From positions 3,055 through 67,054 of the forward strand of contig JANNBN010000057.1 in assembly GCA_031385545.1 (NCBI GenBank): a stretch of 64,000 nucleotides of DNA, read 5' to 3'. Under the pieces are notes generated by a model. That model saw only the letters and a list, made by a program, of their open reading frames with translations, did not search any database and was not told where the DNA came from. A program made the translations under genes and the position numbers. Origin of the DNA: Acidimicrobiia bacterium. GTDB lineage: Bacteria > Actinomycetota > Acidimicrobiia > Acidimicrobiales > JANYDT01. This document shows positions 27,176 through 35,406 of this stretch, in pieces; positions within the stretch are counted from its first letter, which is position 1; every line of letters starts with the position of its first letter.

Positions 27176-30127
27176 CTACGGGACGTAACCGGTGACGTCG
27201 ACTACCAAATGGGTCGTAGCCGAGGTATACAGGCAGACCTTTCCGCTTGTCCCCAGCCGAGCCACAACAGCGTTCGAGATGGTCTGTCCGGCGGTGAAAT
27301 TGTTATTTGAAGCGAGTGGCAAGGTTGACCCGCACGGATACACCGTGACGAATCCGGCAGTGCCGGGCTGGGTGACGGCAATGTTGAGCGTGACGGCATA
27401 GGCATTTGCCGGGATGCCTGCACGGCCGCCCGCGGTCAGCTCGAGACTCGAACCGCTGTCCAGGGGTCCTGCCCCGGCTTGCTGGTTGTCGAACGTGCTT
27501 GCGCCCTGCCGAGTGTCGAGGAGGCGGGCAGGAAGCATCGCAATGTAGGGCGAGGTCGCCGGAAAATAGCCGCTGGCATCGACAACGATGTGAGCTGCCG
27601 CGGAGGTAAAGATGCAGACCTTTCCGTCTGTACCCAAGCGTGCAGAAACCGAGTTGGCGATGGTCTGGCCCGCTGTGAAATTCAGATTTGAGGCCACTGG
27701 TAACGGGGATCCGCAGGGGAACACCGTCAAAAAACCGGCTGCCGTCGGTTCGGTGATTGCAACACTGATCGAGGCGGCTTTCGCTGTCATTGGAATACCG
27801 CCGCGCCCACCAATGGTGAGTTCGATGGTGGAACCGGCCGACCGTCCACCGATACCGGCGAATAGGTTGTCGATCGTGAATTGACCGACCCGAGTATCCA
27901 TGAGGCGTGCCGGGCTTGTTGATGTGAAGAAAGAAGGTGCCCTGGAATAGGCCGACGCATCAACAACGACGTGGGTTCCCTTGGACACGTAGATACACGC
28001 CCTGCCGCCTGCACCGACGCCTGCGGGCACCATTCCGGAAAGAGTCGCGCCTTGCACAAAATTGACGTTCGAAGACGTCGGGCGGGCTGTGCCACAGGGG
28101 AATACGGTGACGAACCCGGCACCCGTGGCTTGGGTGATGGCTACATTCAGCCAAACCGTGGTTGCGTCAGCGGGGATGCCGGCTCGGCCGGTCAATTGCA
28201 GTTCTGTGGTCGTTCCATCTCCCAGTATTCCAATTCCTGCCATCTGGCTGTCGATGGTCTGCTGGCCGGCTCGTGAATCAAGAAGTCGGGCCGGGCTGAA
28301 GGCGACGAACGTGGGCAAGTTGTTCGGCGGTGTTGTCGTCGTGGTGGAGGTCGTGGAGGTCGTGGAGGTCGTGGAGGTCGTGGAGGTCGTGGAGGTCGTG
28401 GTAGTCGAAGTCGTTGTTGGAGTTGTTGAACTGGTGGCCGTGGTTGTACCGGTGGTTAGTTCGAGCAGGGTGATAGAGGCGGGAGCGAAGGTGCGGGTGT
28501 AGCTGGAGGCGCCTCCGCGGTTGGTGGTAACGCCAGGTGCGTTGGAGAAGTCGTCAGCGGGGGCGACGAGGCCGTTGTAGGTGGGGAGGGTGTCGTTGAT
28601 CGTGGTCCCGGCGAACGTATCGGCATACTCGCTGACGATGCCCTTGCCATCGATGCTGATGGCTGCAGTCTTGGGGCTGTTCGTCTTGTTGATGACCATC
28701 AAGGTGGTGTTGCCGTTCTTCTGGCCGGCGTAGATGGAAAGATCACTGCTGGCGTTGAATGAGGTGTCGACGTCCTTGATGCTTGTTCCGAATCGCTTCC
28801 AAAGAGCCATGGCGTAGTACGTAGGGAAACGGTAGGCGTCTTCGTAGTTGTTGTCCTTGAAGCCCATCAGCCCGAACTCATTACCGAACCAGGAGTCATA
28901 GTACATCGTGAATTGGTTTGATCCGATGAATCGATCCTTCAAAGCCATCTGGCCAATGGAGTCGCCGACCATCATGGCGTTCATAATCTGATTGAGACGC
29001 ATTCCTTCTCGTTCTTGCCAGCCCTCGGAAGTTAGGCCGAATTCCGACATCAAGACCGGTGTCTTGCTCGTAATCCCGGCGATTGATTCGAGTACCGATA
29101 GCTGCTGGTCGAGTTGCGCCAGTTTGACTTCAGGGAAGGCAAGGATGGTTGCGTTCCCGGAGGGGGTGTTTGGTGGCGGATCGTACTGGTAGTAGGTATG
29201 GATGATCAAGAAGTCGATGTCTGTTCCAGCCCGGTTGAACAGCGGCTGCATCCACGGGTTCGACGCGTTGAGTTCACCCTGGGTGCCTGGGATGCCAACC
29301 TTGATGGTCGGGTCGATGGTCTTGAGGAACGTCTTCGTTTCGGAGTACCCGTTGCGACGGGTTGCCCCTGAACCGATGCCTTCGTAGAACTCGACCGAAC
29401 TGCAGGTCCAGACCGTCTCCCATCCGAACGCGAGACACCCGGGAGACCCTTTGCCGCCCATGGTTTCGTTGCCGAATTCCCAGGTCTTGATGTTCATCGG
29501 AGAGGTCACACCTCCGTTCACCCTCTTCTGTGCCCAAAAGCCGACCGTCTTCCAGTCGATACCGAGTTGGTCGACACCAATCACCCGCGTGTCGTCGACG
29601 GTGCCGTTCGAGAATGCAACCAGAGCGGCGTTCTCCTTCATTGTGGCATTGGCATTAAGCGTCATGACCAGTTGCTCCGTACCCACCTGATTCGCCCATT
29701 TGAAGAACTCAGAGGTACGAATGAGCGGGTCGGTGGTGAGGTTACGTTTTGCTGCAGGAAAGCAGGGCGTACCGTAGGTGACTGCGCCGGGAGTGGTTGA
29801 CAACTCACAGGACGCCCATCCCCAGTCCTGGGCCGCGACCCCGCCCGGAAACCGCATGAAATCGGTTGCCTGGCTGCCGCGGCTCGCCAACTGGGTGTTC
29901 AGGAACGACGGATGCACGAAGAACGACGCGTTCGTGCCCCACTTCATCGGGCCGAAATCACGGAAGGGCCGCCCGTCGACGCGAATGGTGCCGTCAGCGA
30001 CGCTCTGAGCGGACCCGACGCCGCTTCCGACTATCGACCCAACCGCGGCAGCAGCCGCCAGCAATGACACCATTGTTCGTCTCCGTCGAGCGAACGGGTG
30101 TGTGATCGACGAGATCCTCGGTGTCAT
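27176..30127 (-). CDS. Secreted clan GH-A-like glycoside hydrolase (GH51/GH79-like by motif), Thr/Ser linker and three 127-aa C-terminal repeats
   Basis: 983 aa with a signal peptide. MRFPGG, the WEFGNE acid/base-type motif, the LMSEFG nucleophile-type motif and a beta-sandwich-like LMVINKTN segment are present. A TTSTTS linker and three repeats follow. GAGGAG RBS. Confidence 0.8.
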   Translation of the reverse strand: MTPRISSITHPFARRRRTMVSLLAAAAAVGSIVGSGVGSAQSVADGTIRVDGRPFRDFGPMKWGTNASFFVHPSFLNTQLASRGSQATDFMRFPGGVAAQDWGWASCELSTTPGAVTYGTPCFPAAKRNLTTDPLIRTSEFFKWANQVGTEQLVMTLNANATMKENAALVAFSNGTVDDTRVIGVDQLGIDWKTVGFWAQKRVNGGVTSPMNIKTWEFGNETMGGKGSPGCLAFGWETVWTCSSVEFYEGIGSGATRRNGYSETKTFLKTIDPTIKVGIPGTQGELNASNPWMQPLFNRAGTDIDFLIIHTYYQYDPPPNTPSGNATILAFPEVKLAQLDQQLSVLESIAGITSKTPVLMSEFGLTSEGWQEREGMRLNQIMNAMMVGDSIGQMALKDRFIGSNQFTMYYDSWFGNEFGLMGFKDNNYEDAYRFPTYYAMALWKRFGTSIKDVDTSFNASSDLSIYAGQKNGNTTLMVINKTNSPKTAAISIDGKGIVSEYADTFAGTTINDTLPTYNGLVAPADDFSNAPGVTTNRGGASSYTRTFAPASITLLELTTGTTTATSSTTPTTTSTTTTSTTSTTSTTSTTSTTSTTTTTPPNNLPTFVAFSPARLLDSRAGQQTIDSQMAGIGILGDGTTTELQLTGRAGIPADATTVWLNVAITQATGAGFVTVFPCGTARPTSSNVNFVQGATLSGMVPAGVGAGGRACIYVSKGTHVVVDASAYSRAPSFFTSTSPARLMDTRVGQFTIDNLFAGIGGRSAGSTIELTIGGRGGIPMTAKAASISVAITEPTAAGFLTVFPCGSPLPVASNLNFTAGQTIANSVSARLGTDGKVCIFTSAAAHIVVDASGYFPATSPYIAMLPARLLDTRQGASTFDNQQAGAGPLDSGSSLELTAGGRAGIPANAYAVTLNIAVTQPGTAGFVTVYPCGSTLPLASNNNFTAGQTISNAVVARLGTSGKVCLYTSATTHLVVDVTGYVP
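28344..28397 (-). repeat. 6 perfect copies of a 9-bp tandem repeat (Thr/Ser linker)
   Basis: GTGGAGGTC x6 on the plus strand, encoding (TST)n on the minus strand. Confidence 0.95.
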
Positions 30128-30414
30128 TCAGATGCTCCTCACAGAAAACTGAACTGGTGTTCAGCCGCCACGAAGAGTAGCAACAAGCGTCTGAATGAGG
30201 AGCACTAATCGTCTATTCAGAGCGATTTCATCAAGTCTGGCGAAATCATCCTCGATCGGTCGCATGGCCATTGACCAGGCAAAATACCCAAACCAACGTG
30301 GCGTTAGGGGCAAGGCCGTCGCCGGTGACAGCGGCCGGCCGGACCACTCTCAGCGTGATTTCGAACGAGGTTCGCCCGGCCCAGGTCCGGTTGCCCGGCC
30401 TTTAGGCTTGCCGG

Positions 30415-30903
30415 GTGGTACCGCTCAGAAGATTGTGGCTGCGGATGCGCGCCTTCCGCCGACTGCCACGTCGTTCGCAAGCTGTCTTCTTCCCTGCCCT
30501 CGTTCTCAATCCGTTGTTCCGGCTCGTTGCCAAGCGTCGGGGCATCAAGTCGGCAACTGCATTGGCTCGACGCCTCGCGGGTCACGCCGTGCAGCCGCCG
30601 CAGCCGGTCGACCCGACCGGAACGCACACGTCGCTCCCGATCGCACGTCAGGTGGTTCTGGGGGTACGCGCAGCGGCTGGCGCGCTCCCGGTTGAGCTTG
30701 TCTGCCTACCACGGTCGCTGACCGCCTGGACCATCCTCAATCGGATGGGAATTTCGGCCACCCTGCGGATCGGTATGGATGCCTCGACCGATCACAAGAC
30801 AGCACACGCATGGATCGATGTTCTGGGTGAACCCATCGGCGAGGCGCCTGGCCAGATCCAGCAGATGGCGGAGTTCTCCGAACCGATACTCGGGCGAACA
30901 TGA
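30415..30903 (+). CDS. Lasso peptide biosynthesis B2 protein (transglutaminase-like leader peptidase)
   Basis: 162 aa. LVCLPRSLTAWTILNRMGISATLRIGMD....AHAWIDVLGEPIG carries the Cys and His (CLxRSL ... AHAW) arrangement of McjB-C-terminal/B2 proteins. The stop overlaps the next gene (ATGA). Confidence 0.85.
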   Translation: MVPLRRLWLRMRAFRRLPRRSQAVFFPALVLNPLFRLVAKRRGIKSATALARRLAGHAVQPPQPVDPTGTHTSLPIARQVVLGVRAAAGALPVELVCLPRSLTAWTILNRMGISATLRIGMDASTDHKTAHAWIDVLGEPIGEAPGQIQQMAEFSEPILGRT

Positions 30904-31859
30904 CTGAGGTTGCATCGCGGCGCGTCCTCCTGCACGGGTTGGTTGTCGAGACCAACATGCCCGTTGCAGCGCGTCCGTCGACTGCGTCTCCGCAGGTTTG
31001 TTGCAGTACCGACAACGGTGTGTTGCGGTCCGACAACTCAAATTCAGGAACTGTGCTTGCGCAGGACTTGGTCGCTGGTGTTGTGACAATGCGGGTGATG
31101 ACGAACGGCTTCGGGTATTTCATCGAATGGCCCGGCTTCATGCGCGCGACGTTGGATCGAGCGTCGAGGAGTGCAGCGTTCGAACTTGGCTTCAGTGTCA
31201 GTGATCCTCGGTCCGCTGCGGTTGCGCCGGTGATGCTTTCCCCGGCGGTCGGGGTTGTGTCAATGCTCAACGGTGCAATCGTGCTGCACACATCCGCTGT
31301 TGTCGTGCGGGGCCGGGCGGTGCTGTTGCTCGCGGATCGAGGCGGTGGAAAGTCTTCCATCGCGGCCCTCCTTGGGAGTGCCGGGGTTCCGCTCCTTGCT
31401 GAGGACGTCTGTGCGCTCACAATCGATTCCCTCGGCACCCCCGTCGCCCACTCAGGGATTCATGAACTTCGCCTCCGCACCACCACACCGTGGTTGGCCG
31501 ATCTTCACGGTCTCGTGCGATCGGCGCCGCATTTTGATGGCCGCATCGTTGTCCGGCCGCCCGTAGCGTCTCAGGCCGTTGTTCCTGTATCTGCGATCCT
31601 GGTCGTGCGACTTTCCCACTCCGCCAAGCGAGTGACTATGGAACGCATTCCGGTGGCCCAATCCGTACGTGTACTGATGACTTCGCAGCGATGTTCGCCG
31701 ATTCTGACCAACTCCCTCGCTCTGTCGATGTTCAACAGTGCCGTCGATTGTGTTGACCGGGCCGTCACCTCGATTCTCAATGTGCCGTGGGCAGAACACA
31801 GACGCAACCGCGAACTGGGCCTTGAGCTGGCTGAAGCGATCTCGGCAAGCATCCCGTGA
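30900..31859 (+). CDS. HPr-kinase-like lasso-cluster kinase 1
   Basis: 319 aa. LHTSAVVVRGRAVLLLADRGGGKSSIAALLGSAGVPLLAEDVCAL matches the HprK C-domain core (H..v....g.avLl.G.sG.GKS...L...G..L.aDD). Confidence 0.8.
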   Translation: MTEVASRRVLLHGLVVETNMPVAARPSTASPQVCCSTDNGVLRSDNSNSGTVLAQDLVAGVVTMRVMTNGFGYFIEWPGFMRATLDRASRSAAFELGFSVSDPRSAAVAPVMLSPAVGVVSMLNGAIVLHTSAVVVRGRAVLLLADRGGGKSSIAALLGSAGVPLLAEDVCALTIDSLGTPVAHSGIHELRLRTTTPWLADLHGLVRSAPHFDGRIVVRPPVASQAVVPVSAILVVRLSHSAKRVTMERIPVAQSVRVLMTSQRCSPILTNSLALSMFNSAVDCVDRAVTSILNVPWAEHRRNRELGLELAEAISASIP

Positions 31860-31870
31860 TTTCGCCTCTG

Positions 31871-32164
31871 CTACCGATGTCGGCCTTCAGCTTTGGACGA
31901 CGACGCCATTCTCCTGCTGGCCAGATCCACTAAGAAGCGGTGAATGTCGAGACGCGCAATCTCCTCGCTGACGTCGAAGCGTTCGGTGACGACACGTACC
32001 AAATGATCGAGGTTCGCGCCCGGTGTGAGTGCCTCCCAGATCACCACCCCGGGCCCATCGATCGATACCGACGTTGAGGTGCGCAAGTCGAAGACGATGA
32101 CGGCGTCGTCGACCTTCTGCCAGGTAATCGTGTCAGTCTGCAGTCTCCAGACCTCTTCGAGCAT
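31871..32164 (-). CDS. PqqD-family protein (lasso B1 / RiPP recognition element)
   Basis: 97 aa. VIVFDLRTSTSVSIDGPGVVIWEALTPGANLDHLVRVVTERFDVSEEIARLDIHRFLVDLASRRM is the PqqD/RRE pattern. Confidence 0.85.
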   Translation of the reverse strand: MLEEVWRLQTDTITWQKVDDAVIVFDLRTSTSVSIDGPGVVIWEALTPGANLDHLVRVVTERFDVSEEIARLDIHRFLVDLASRRMASSSKAEGRHR

Positions 32165-32202
32165 TCGACCAGACTAGGTCTCTCAGCGAGAATCGACTCC
32201 GA

Positions 32203-33414
32203 ATGCCGCCGACTTTGTACTCAAATCCCAAGATCCTTTCTCCTGACGCTGCAACGATTCGGTGGAACTTTCCCCTGTTCAGTGAGCTTGACTCTTTCGA
32301 CGAACTGGCTTGCCCTTCACCGGTCGATCCCGATACCCGTGCACGCAACAAACAGCGAGGCTCGCTGTTCGAGGTGTTGATCGACCTGATTCAGCAGCGT
32401 CTCGACGACACTCCCGTTTACGTTCAGTTCTCAGGCGGATGCGATTCGTCTCTGGTGCTGTCTGCCGCCGTTGTCGCGTGCCGCCGATGTGATCATGATG
32501 CACCCATACCAATCTCGTTTCGGTACCCGCTGCTACCAGAGACCGACGAAAATGACTTCCAAGCTCTCGTTCTCGATTTTCTGAAACTGCCTCAGGGTCG
32601 GATCGAATCAATAACGTCCGAGTTTGATCTTGTGGGTCCAGCGGCGCAGAGGGGCCTTCGGGAGTTGGGGCTCGTGTGGCCGGCTCCGGTGGTCGCCTGT
32701 GCAGACGTGTTCCGGTCCCTGCCGCCGGGTTTGGTGCTTTCCGGCGAGGGCGGGGACGAGGTGATGGGACCTCGTCGCATAGCCGGCGTGTTCCGGGCGG
32801 CCGAGATGCTCAGACAGGGCCGTCTGAAATCGACGGCGGGCAACTTGGCAGTCGCGCTCGGCCCGTCGGCTTTGCGCACGAGAGCAATGATGCGCAGTGG
32901 CGGAATGGTTGGAGAATGGATAGCGGCCAACGAAGCCGAACGGTTCGTTTCGAGGATAGGCGAAACATACGGAAGCGAACCGTTGCTGCCCAGCCGTTAC
33001 GCGAAATACTACGCGCGCCTATCGAGTTCGGCGTTGGCTTTTCATCAGATCACCGCCATCATGAACTGGGCTGGGCAGCAGTACTGTGCGCCGATCATGG
33101 AGCACGCCTTCGTAGTCGGGGTGAACGACCTCACACCGGCATCGGACTTACGGAACCGTTACCGGGTCCTCGGACGCCATTTCAGTGAACACCTGCCCCC
33201 TGAGATCGTGAAACGAACAACCAAGCGGTACATGCAAGCGGTGTACTTCAACGAGCACGCACGCGAATTTGCCCGCCATTGGGACGGGCAAATTGACGAC
33301 GAAGCTGTGGATGGACGCCTGTTGCGGAACCATTGGGTGACTGCCGAACGAGATGGGGTCTGGTCGCAGACCTTTCTGTTGTTGCAGTCGGCGTGGCTTG
33401 CTTCAGCGGCCTAA
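32203..33414 (+). CDS. Asparagine-synthetase-like lasso cyclase (C protein), synthetase domain only
   Basis: 403 aa. PP-loop VYVQFSGGCDSSLVLSAA and LVLSGEGGDEVMG. An in-frame TAA lies at 32125-32127 with no start codon before 32203, so the ORF cannot be longer. Confidence 0.8.
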   Translation: MPPTLYSNPKILSPDAATIRWNFPLFSELDSFDELACPSPVDPDTRARNKQRGSLFEVLIDLIQQRLDDTPVYVQFSGGCDSSLVLSAAVVACRRCDHDAPIPISFRYPLLPETDENDFQALVLDFLKLPQGRIESITSEFDLVGPAAQRGLRELGLVWPAPVVACADVFRSLPPGLVLSGEGGDEVMGPRRIAGVFRAAEMLRQGRLKSTAGNLAVALGPSALRTRAMMRSGGMVGEWIAANEAERFVSRIGETYGSEPLLPSRYAKYYARLSSSALAFHQITAIMNWAGQQYCAPIMEHAFVVGVNDLTPASDLRNRYRVLGRHFSEHLPPEIVKRTTKRYMQAVYFNEHAREFARHWDGQIDDEAVDGRLLRNHWVTAERDGVWSQTFLLLQSAWLASAA

Positions 33415-33417
33415 GGC

Positions 33418-33552
33418 TCAGGAACTCGTGAGCGGCTGACCGGCTGGAATGGCCTGATCTGCGAAAGCCTTCGGGCTTGCTGCAAGCGTGGTTTCCGTCA
33501 CTGAGCCGATCTCCTGAACGGCAGGGGCGGTGTAAGGCTGTTTGGTTGACAT
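33418..33552 (-). CDS. Lasso peptide precursor (A peptide), 44 aa
   Basis: My translation is MSTKQPYTAPAVQEIGSVTETTLAASPKAFADQAIPAGQPLTSS. The leader fits YxxPxLx3Gx5Tx (Y7, P10, V12, G16, T22). The predicted core AASPKAFADQAIPAGQPLTSS has a single acidic residue at position 9 and a C-terminal SS. It is below the 60-aa ORF-track cutoff. Confidence 0.75.
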   Translation of the reverse strand: MSTKQPYTAPAVQEIGSVTETTLAASPKAFADQAIPAGQPLTSS

Positions 33553-33614
33553 ACCGGTATTCTGGACGACAGCGCGGGAAGCAAGTAATCGTCAGTTTCC
33601 CGTACGGGAGTAGT

Positions 33615-34652
33615 GTGGTGCACCTGAAACAGTTGAACTGGCTCCACGGTCTCCGGGTCCAGGCCGACCTGAACCTTCCCTGTGTTCCCGCCGAGAGCGG
33701 GGGCCCTGACCTGGTTCTGTCCACCGGGGTCGACAGTTCCGGCCTCGCGAAATCGAAGCTCCGCTCTCGGGCGCCATCATCAGTCTCCGACCGAGTGGCA
33801 TTGACCGGAGTCGACAACGGGGAGGTCGATGGCCACGAGGTGGTGTTCCTTGACCAGGCTATGTCAATCCGGCGCGCTGTTGGTGCGCCTCGCGTCACAG
33901 TTCGGTACCCGGCCGTTGGGCTGCGATTCAGCATCGACAGCTCAGGAACTCCGGCGCTGGTGGTTGCCTCGGCAGACCACGGCGAGTGGCTGCCGTGGAT
34001 CACGGTACTCGTTCAAGGAGCTGTCGTTGCTGTGGCGGTCGCCATGTCCGGGAGGGCCGCGTTCCATGCCAACACCGTCGACGTAGCTGGGCAGGGCATT
34101 CTCGTCGGTGGGGCGTCCGGTGCAGGAAAGACGGTCGCGACGGCGCTCTTGGTCCTTGCCGGACACACGCTCGTCGCCGATGACGTCAGTGTTGTCGATC
34201 CGGACCTGCCGGTCCGGCCGGGCCTGCTTGAACTGCGGGTCCGCACCTGGGAAAACCCTCTTGGCCAGTTGCTGGTCGACGAGCTGGTCGGCCTGCCCGG
34301 TACCAGCCAACAAGAAACAGTTGACTTCCGGGTCGCAGTCCGGCTCGGGACGGACCCTCACCCCGATGGCGTTCTACCCGCTCGCATGGTCTTGCCAACG
34401 TTCGACGATGAAACGAAACACCCGAGACTTGAGACCATTCGTGGCGCTGAGGCAGTCAAAGCCCTTCTTCCGACGATGCGCCTCGTGGGCTGGAAGGACC
34501 CCCACCGCCAACGCGCAGACTTCGGGCATTGTGCAGACTTGGCCCTCCGGGTCCCGATTCAACGACTTTTCCTCCCGCGCCTCGGCGGCGATGAACCAGC
34601 GCTGCTTCGAGACACTGCAGCTGAGCTGTCCGACCTGATCAGAAACTGTTAG
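33615..34652 (+). CDS. HPr-kinase-like lasso-cluster kinase 2
   Basis: FHANTVDVAGQGILVGGASGAGKTVATALLVLAGHTLVADDVSVV is a very good HprK C-domain core. The start was taken at GTG 33615 (GGGAG 5 nt upstream) inside ORF 33477-34652. Confidence 0.8.
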   Translation: MVHLKQLNWLHGLRVQADLNLPCVPAESGGPDLVLSTGVDSSGLAKSKLRSRAPSSVSDRVALTGVDNGEVDGHEVVFLDQAMSIRRAVGAPRVTVRYPAVGLRFSIDSSGTPALVVASADHGEWLPWITVLVQGAVVAVAVAMSGRAAFHANTVDVAGQGILVGGASGAGKTVATALLVLAGHTLVADDVSVVDPDLPVRPGLLELRVRTWENPLGQLLVDELVGLPGTSQQETVDFRVAVRLGTDPHPDGVLPARMVLPTFDDETKHPRLETIRGAEAVKALLPTMRLVGWKDPHRQRADFGHCADLALRVPIQRLFLPRLGGDEPALLRDTAAELSDLIRNC

Positions 34653-34710
34653 CGGTGCAGGTTCATCGTTCAGGATCGAGGACCCGATCAGCCATCCGAG
34701 GTGGTGCCTC

Positions 34711-35406
34711 CTACTCGGCGCCAGGTAACTCCCGAAAGCGCTGGAGCGCTTGCTCGCGGTTACGGGCTCCGAGTTTGCGATAGAGAATCCGTTGCAACGA
34801 TTCGACGGTCTTCGGAGTCACCCCAAGGTCGAGGGCGATTGACTTGTTCCCCGCGCCAGACTTCATCAACTGGATCAACTCTCGCTCCCGCGCGGTGATC
34901 CGGGTCTCCCGGTGGTTCGCAGGGAATGGCGACGTGCCGACCGCCCGCAAGAGCTGCTGTGCGTTCCAACCCGCCGCACCTTCTGCCAAAGCGGCTACTG
35001 CTGTTTGCAGCGCACGTATACCATCGTCTGGGTCAACGAACCACATCACTCCGCGGCTGAGGGCAATGGACAGGTCGTGGGCCCGCTGCGTCGGTGTGGT
35101 GACCAATACGACGGGTGTCCCGGATCGCACGAGCTGTAACGCCGGTCCAGCTCCCACGCCTCTGTCGTCGAGGACAACGGTAATGGTCTCGCCGATGGGT
35201 TGACGCTTCGTCAGTGTGGAGGTCGACCCCGAACTCCGGCGCGGCCCGTTCGGGACAATGACGGATCCGATCTTTTCCAAGTTGGCGCGTCGGAGAAGTG
35301 CCGCCACCCCCAAAGCCACTAAAGGGTTGTCGGCAACGACCACCAATGTGATCGCTGCGGCGGGTGCGGGCGCAGCATCAGCTGCCACAGAAGTCAGGCG
35401 GATCAT
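34711..35406 (-). CDS. LuxR-family regulator with atypical receiver-like N-terminal domain
   Basis: 231 aa. The C-terminal ITARERELIQLMKSGAGNKSIALDLGVTPKTVESLQRILYRKLG is the HTH. The N-terminal VVVADNPLV...VVLDD...VVLVTT is receiver-like but carries an insertion and lacks the conserved Lys region. Confidence 0.75.
   Translation of the reverse strand: MIRLTSVAADAAPAPAAAITLVVVADNPLVALGVAALLRRANLEKIGSVIVPNGPRRSSGSTSTLTKRQPIGETITVVLDDRGVGAGPALQLVRSGTPVVLVTTPTQRAHDLSIALSRGVMWFVDPDDGIRALQTAVAALAEGAAGWNAQQLLRAVGTSPFPANHRETRITARERELIQLMKSGAGNKSIALDLGVTPKTVESLQRILYRKLGARNREQALQRFRELPGAE

Noticed and set aside
28344-28397. Tandem repeats here and at 58561-58950, 26106-26171 and 11182-11235, considered as CRISPR-like arrays
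   Set aside because: The units are 9-33 bp and directly abutting, with no spacers. They are in frame within coding sequences and encode low-complexity peptide repeats, so they are not CRISPR.
30161-30265. 34-aa minus-strand ORF (MRPIEDDFARLDEIALNRRLVLLIQTLVATLRGG) upstream of the GH-like gene
   Set aside because: Its third-position GC is low for this genome, it has no RBS and no recognisable motif. It is probably chance in the AT-richer promoter region, although a leader peptide cannot be excluded.
30298-30405. 35-aa plus-strand ORF (44 aa from TTG 30271) immediately upstream of and in frame with the B2 gene, first considered as the lasso precursor
   Set aside because: The sequence MALGARPSPVTAAGRTTLSVISNEVRPAQVRLPGL has no YxxPxL leader motif. 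It has no acidic residue at core position 7-9 after a Thr(-2) site, no C-terminal Ser and no RBS. The minus-strand ORF 33418-33552 fits all criteria much better.
30195-30695. 166-aa plus-strand ORF overlapping the B2 gene
   Set aside because: It is out of frame with the well-supported B2 protein. It has a Gly/Arg/Pro-rich composition and weaker codon bias.
33248-34003. 251-aa minus-strand ORF spanning the precursor region
   Set aside because: It is in a different frame from the 44-aa precursor and antisense to kinase 2 and to the cyclase 3' end. Its composition is Arg/Ser/Pro-rich and off-frame-like.
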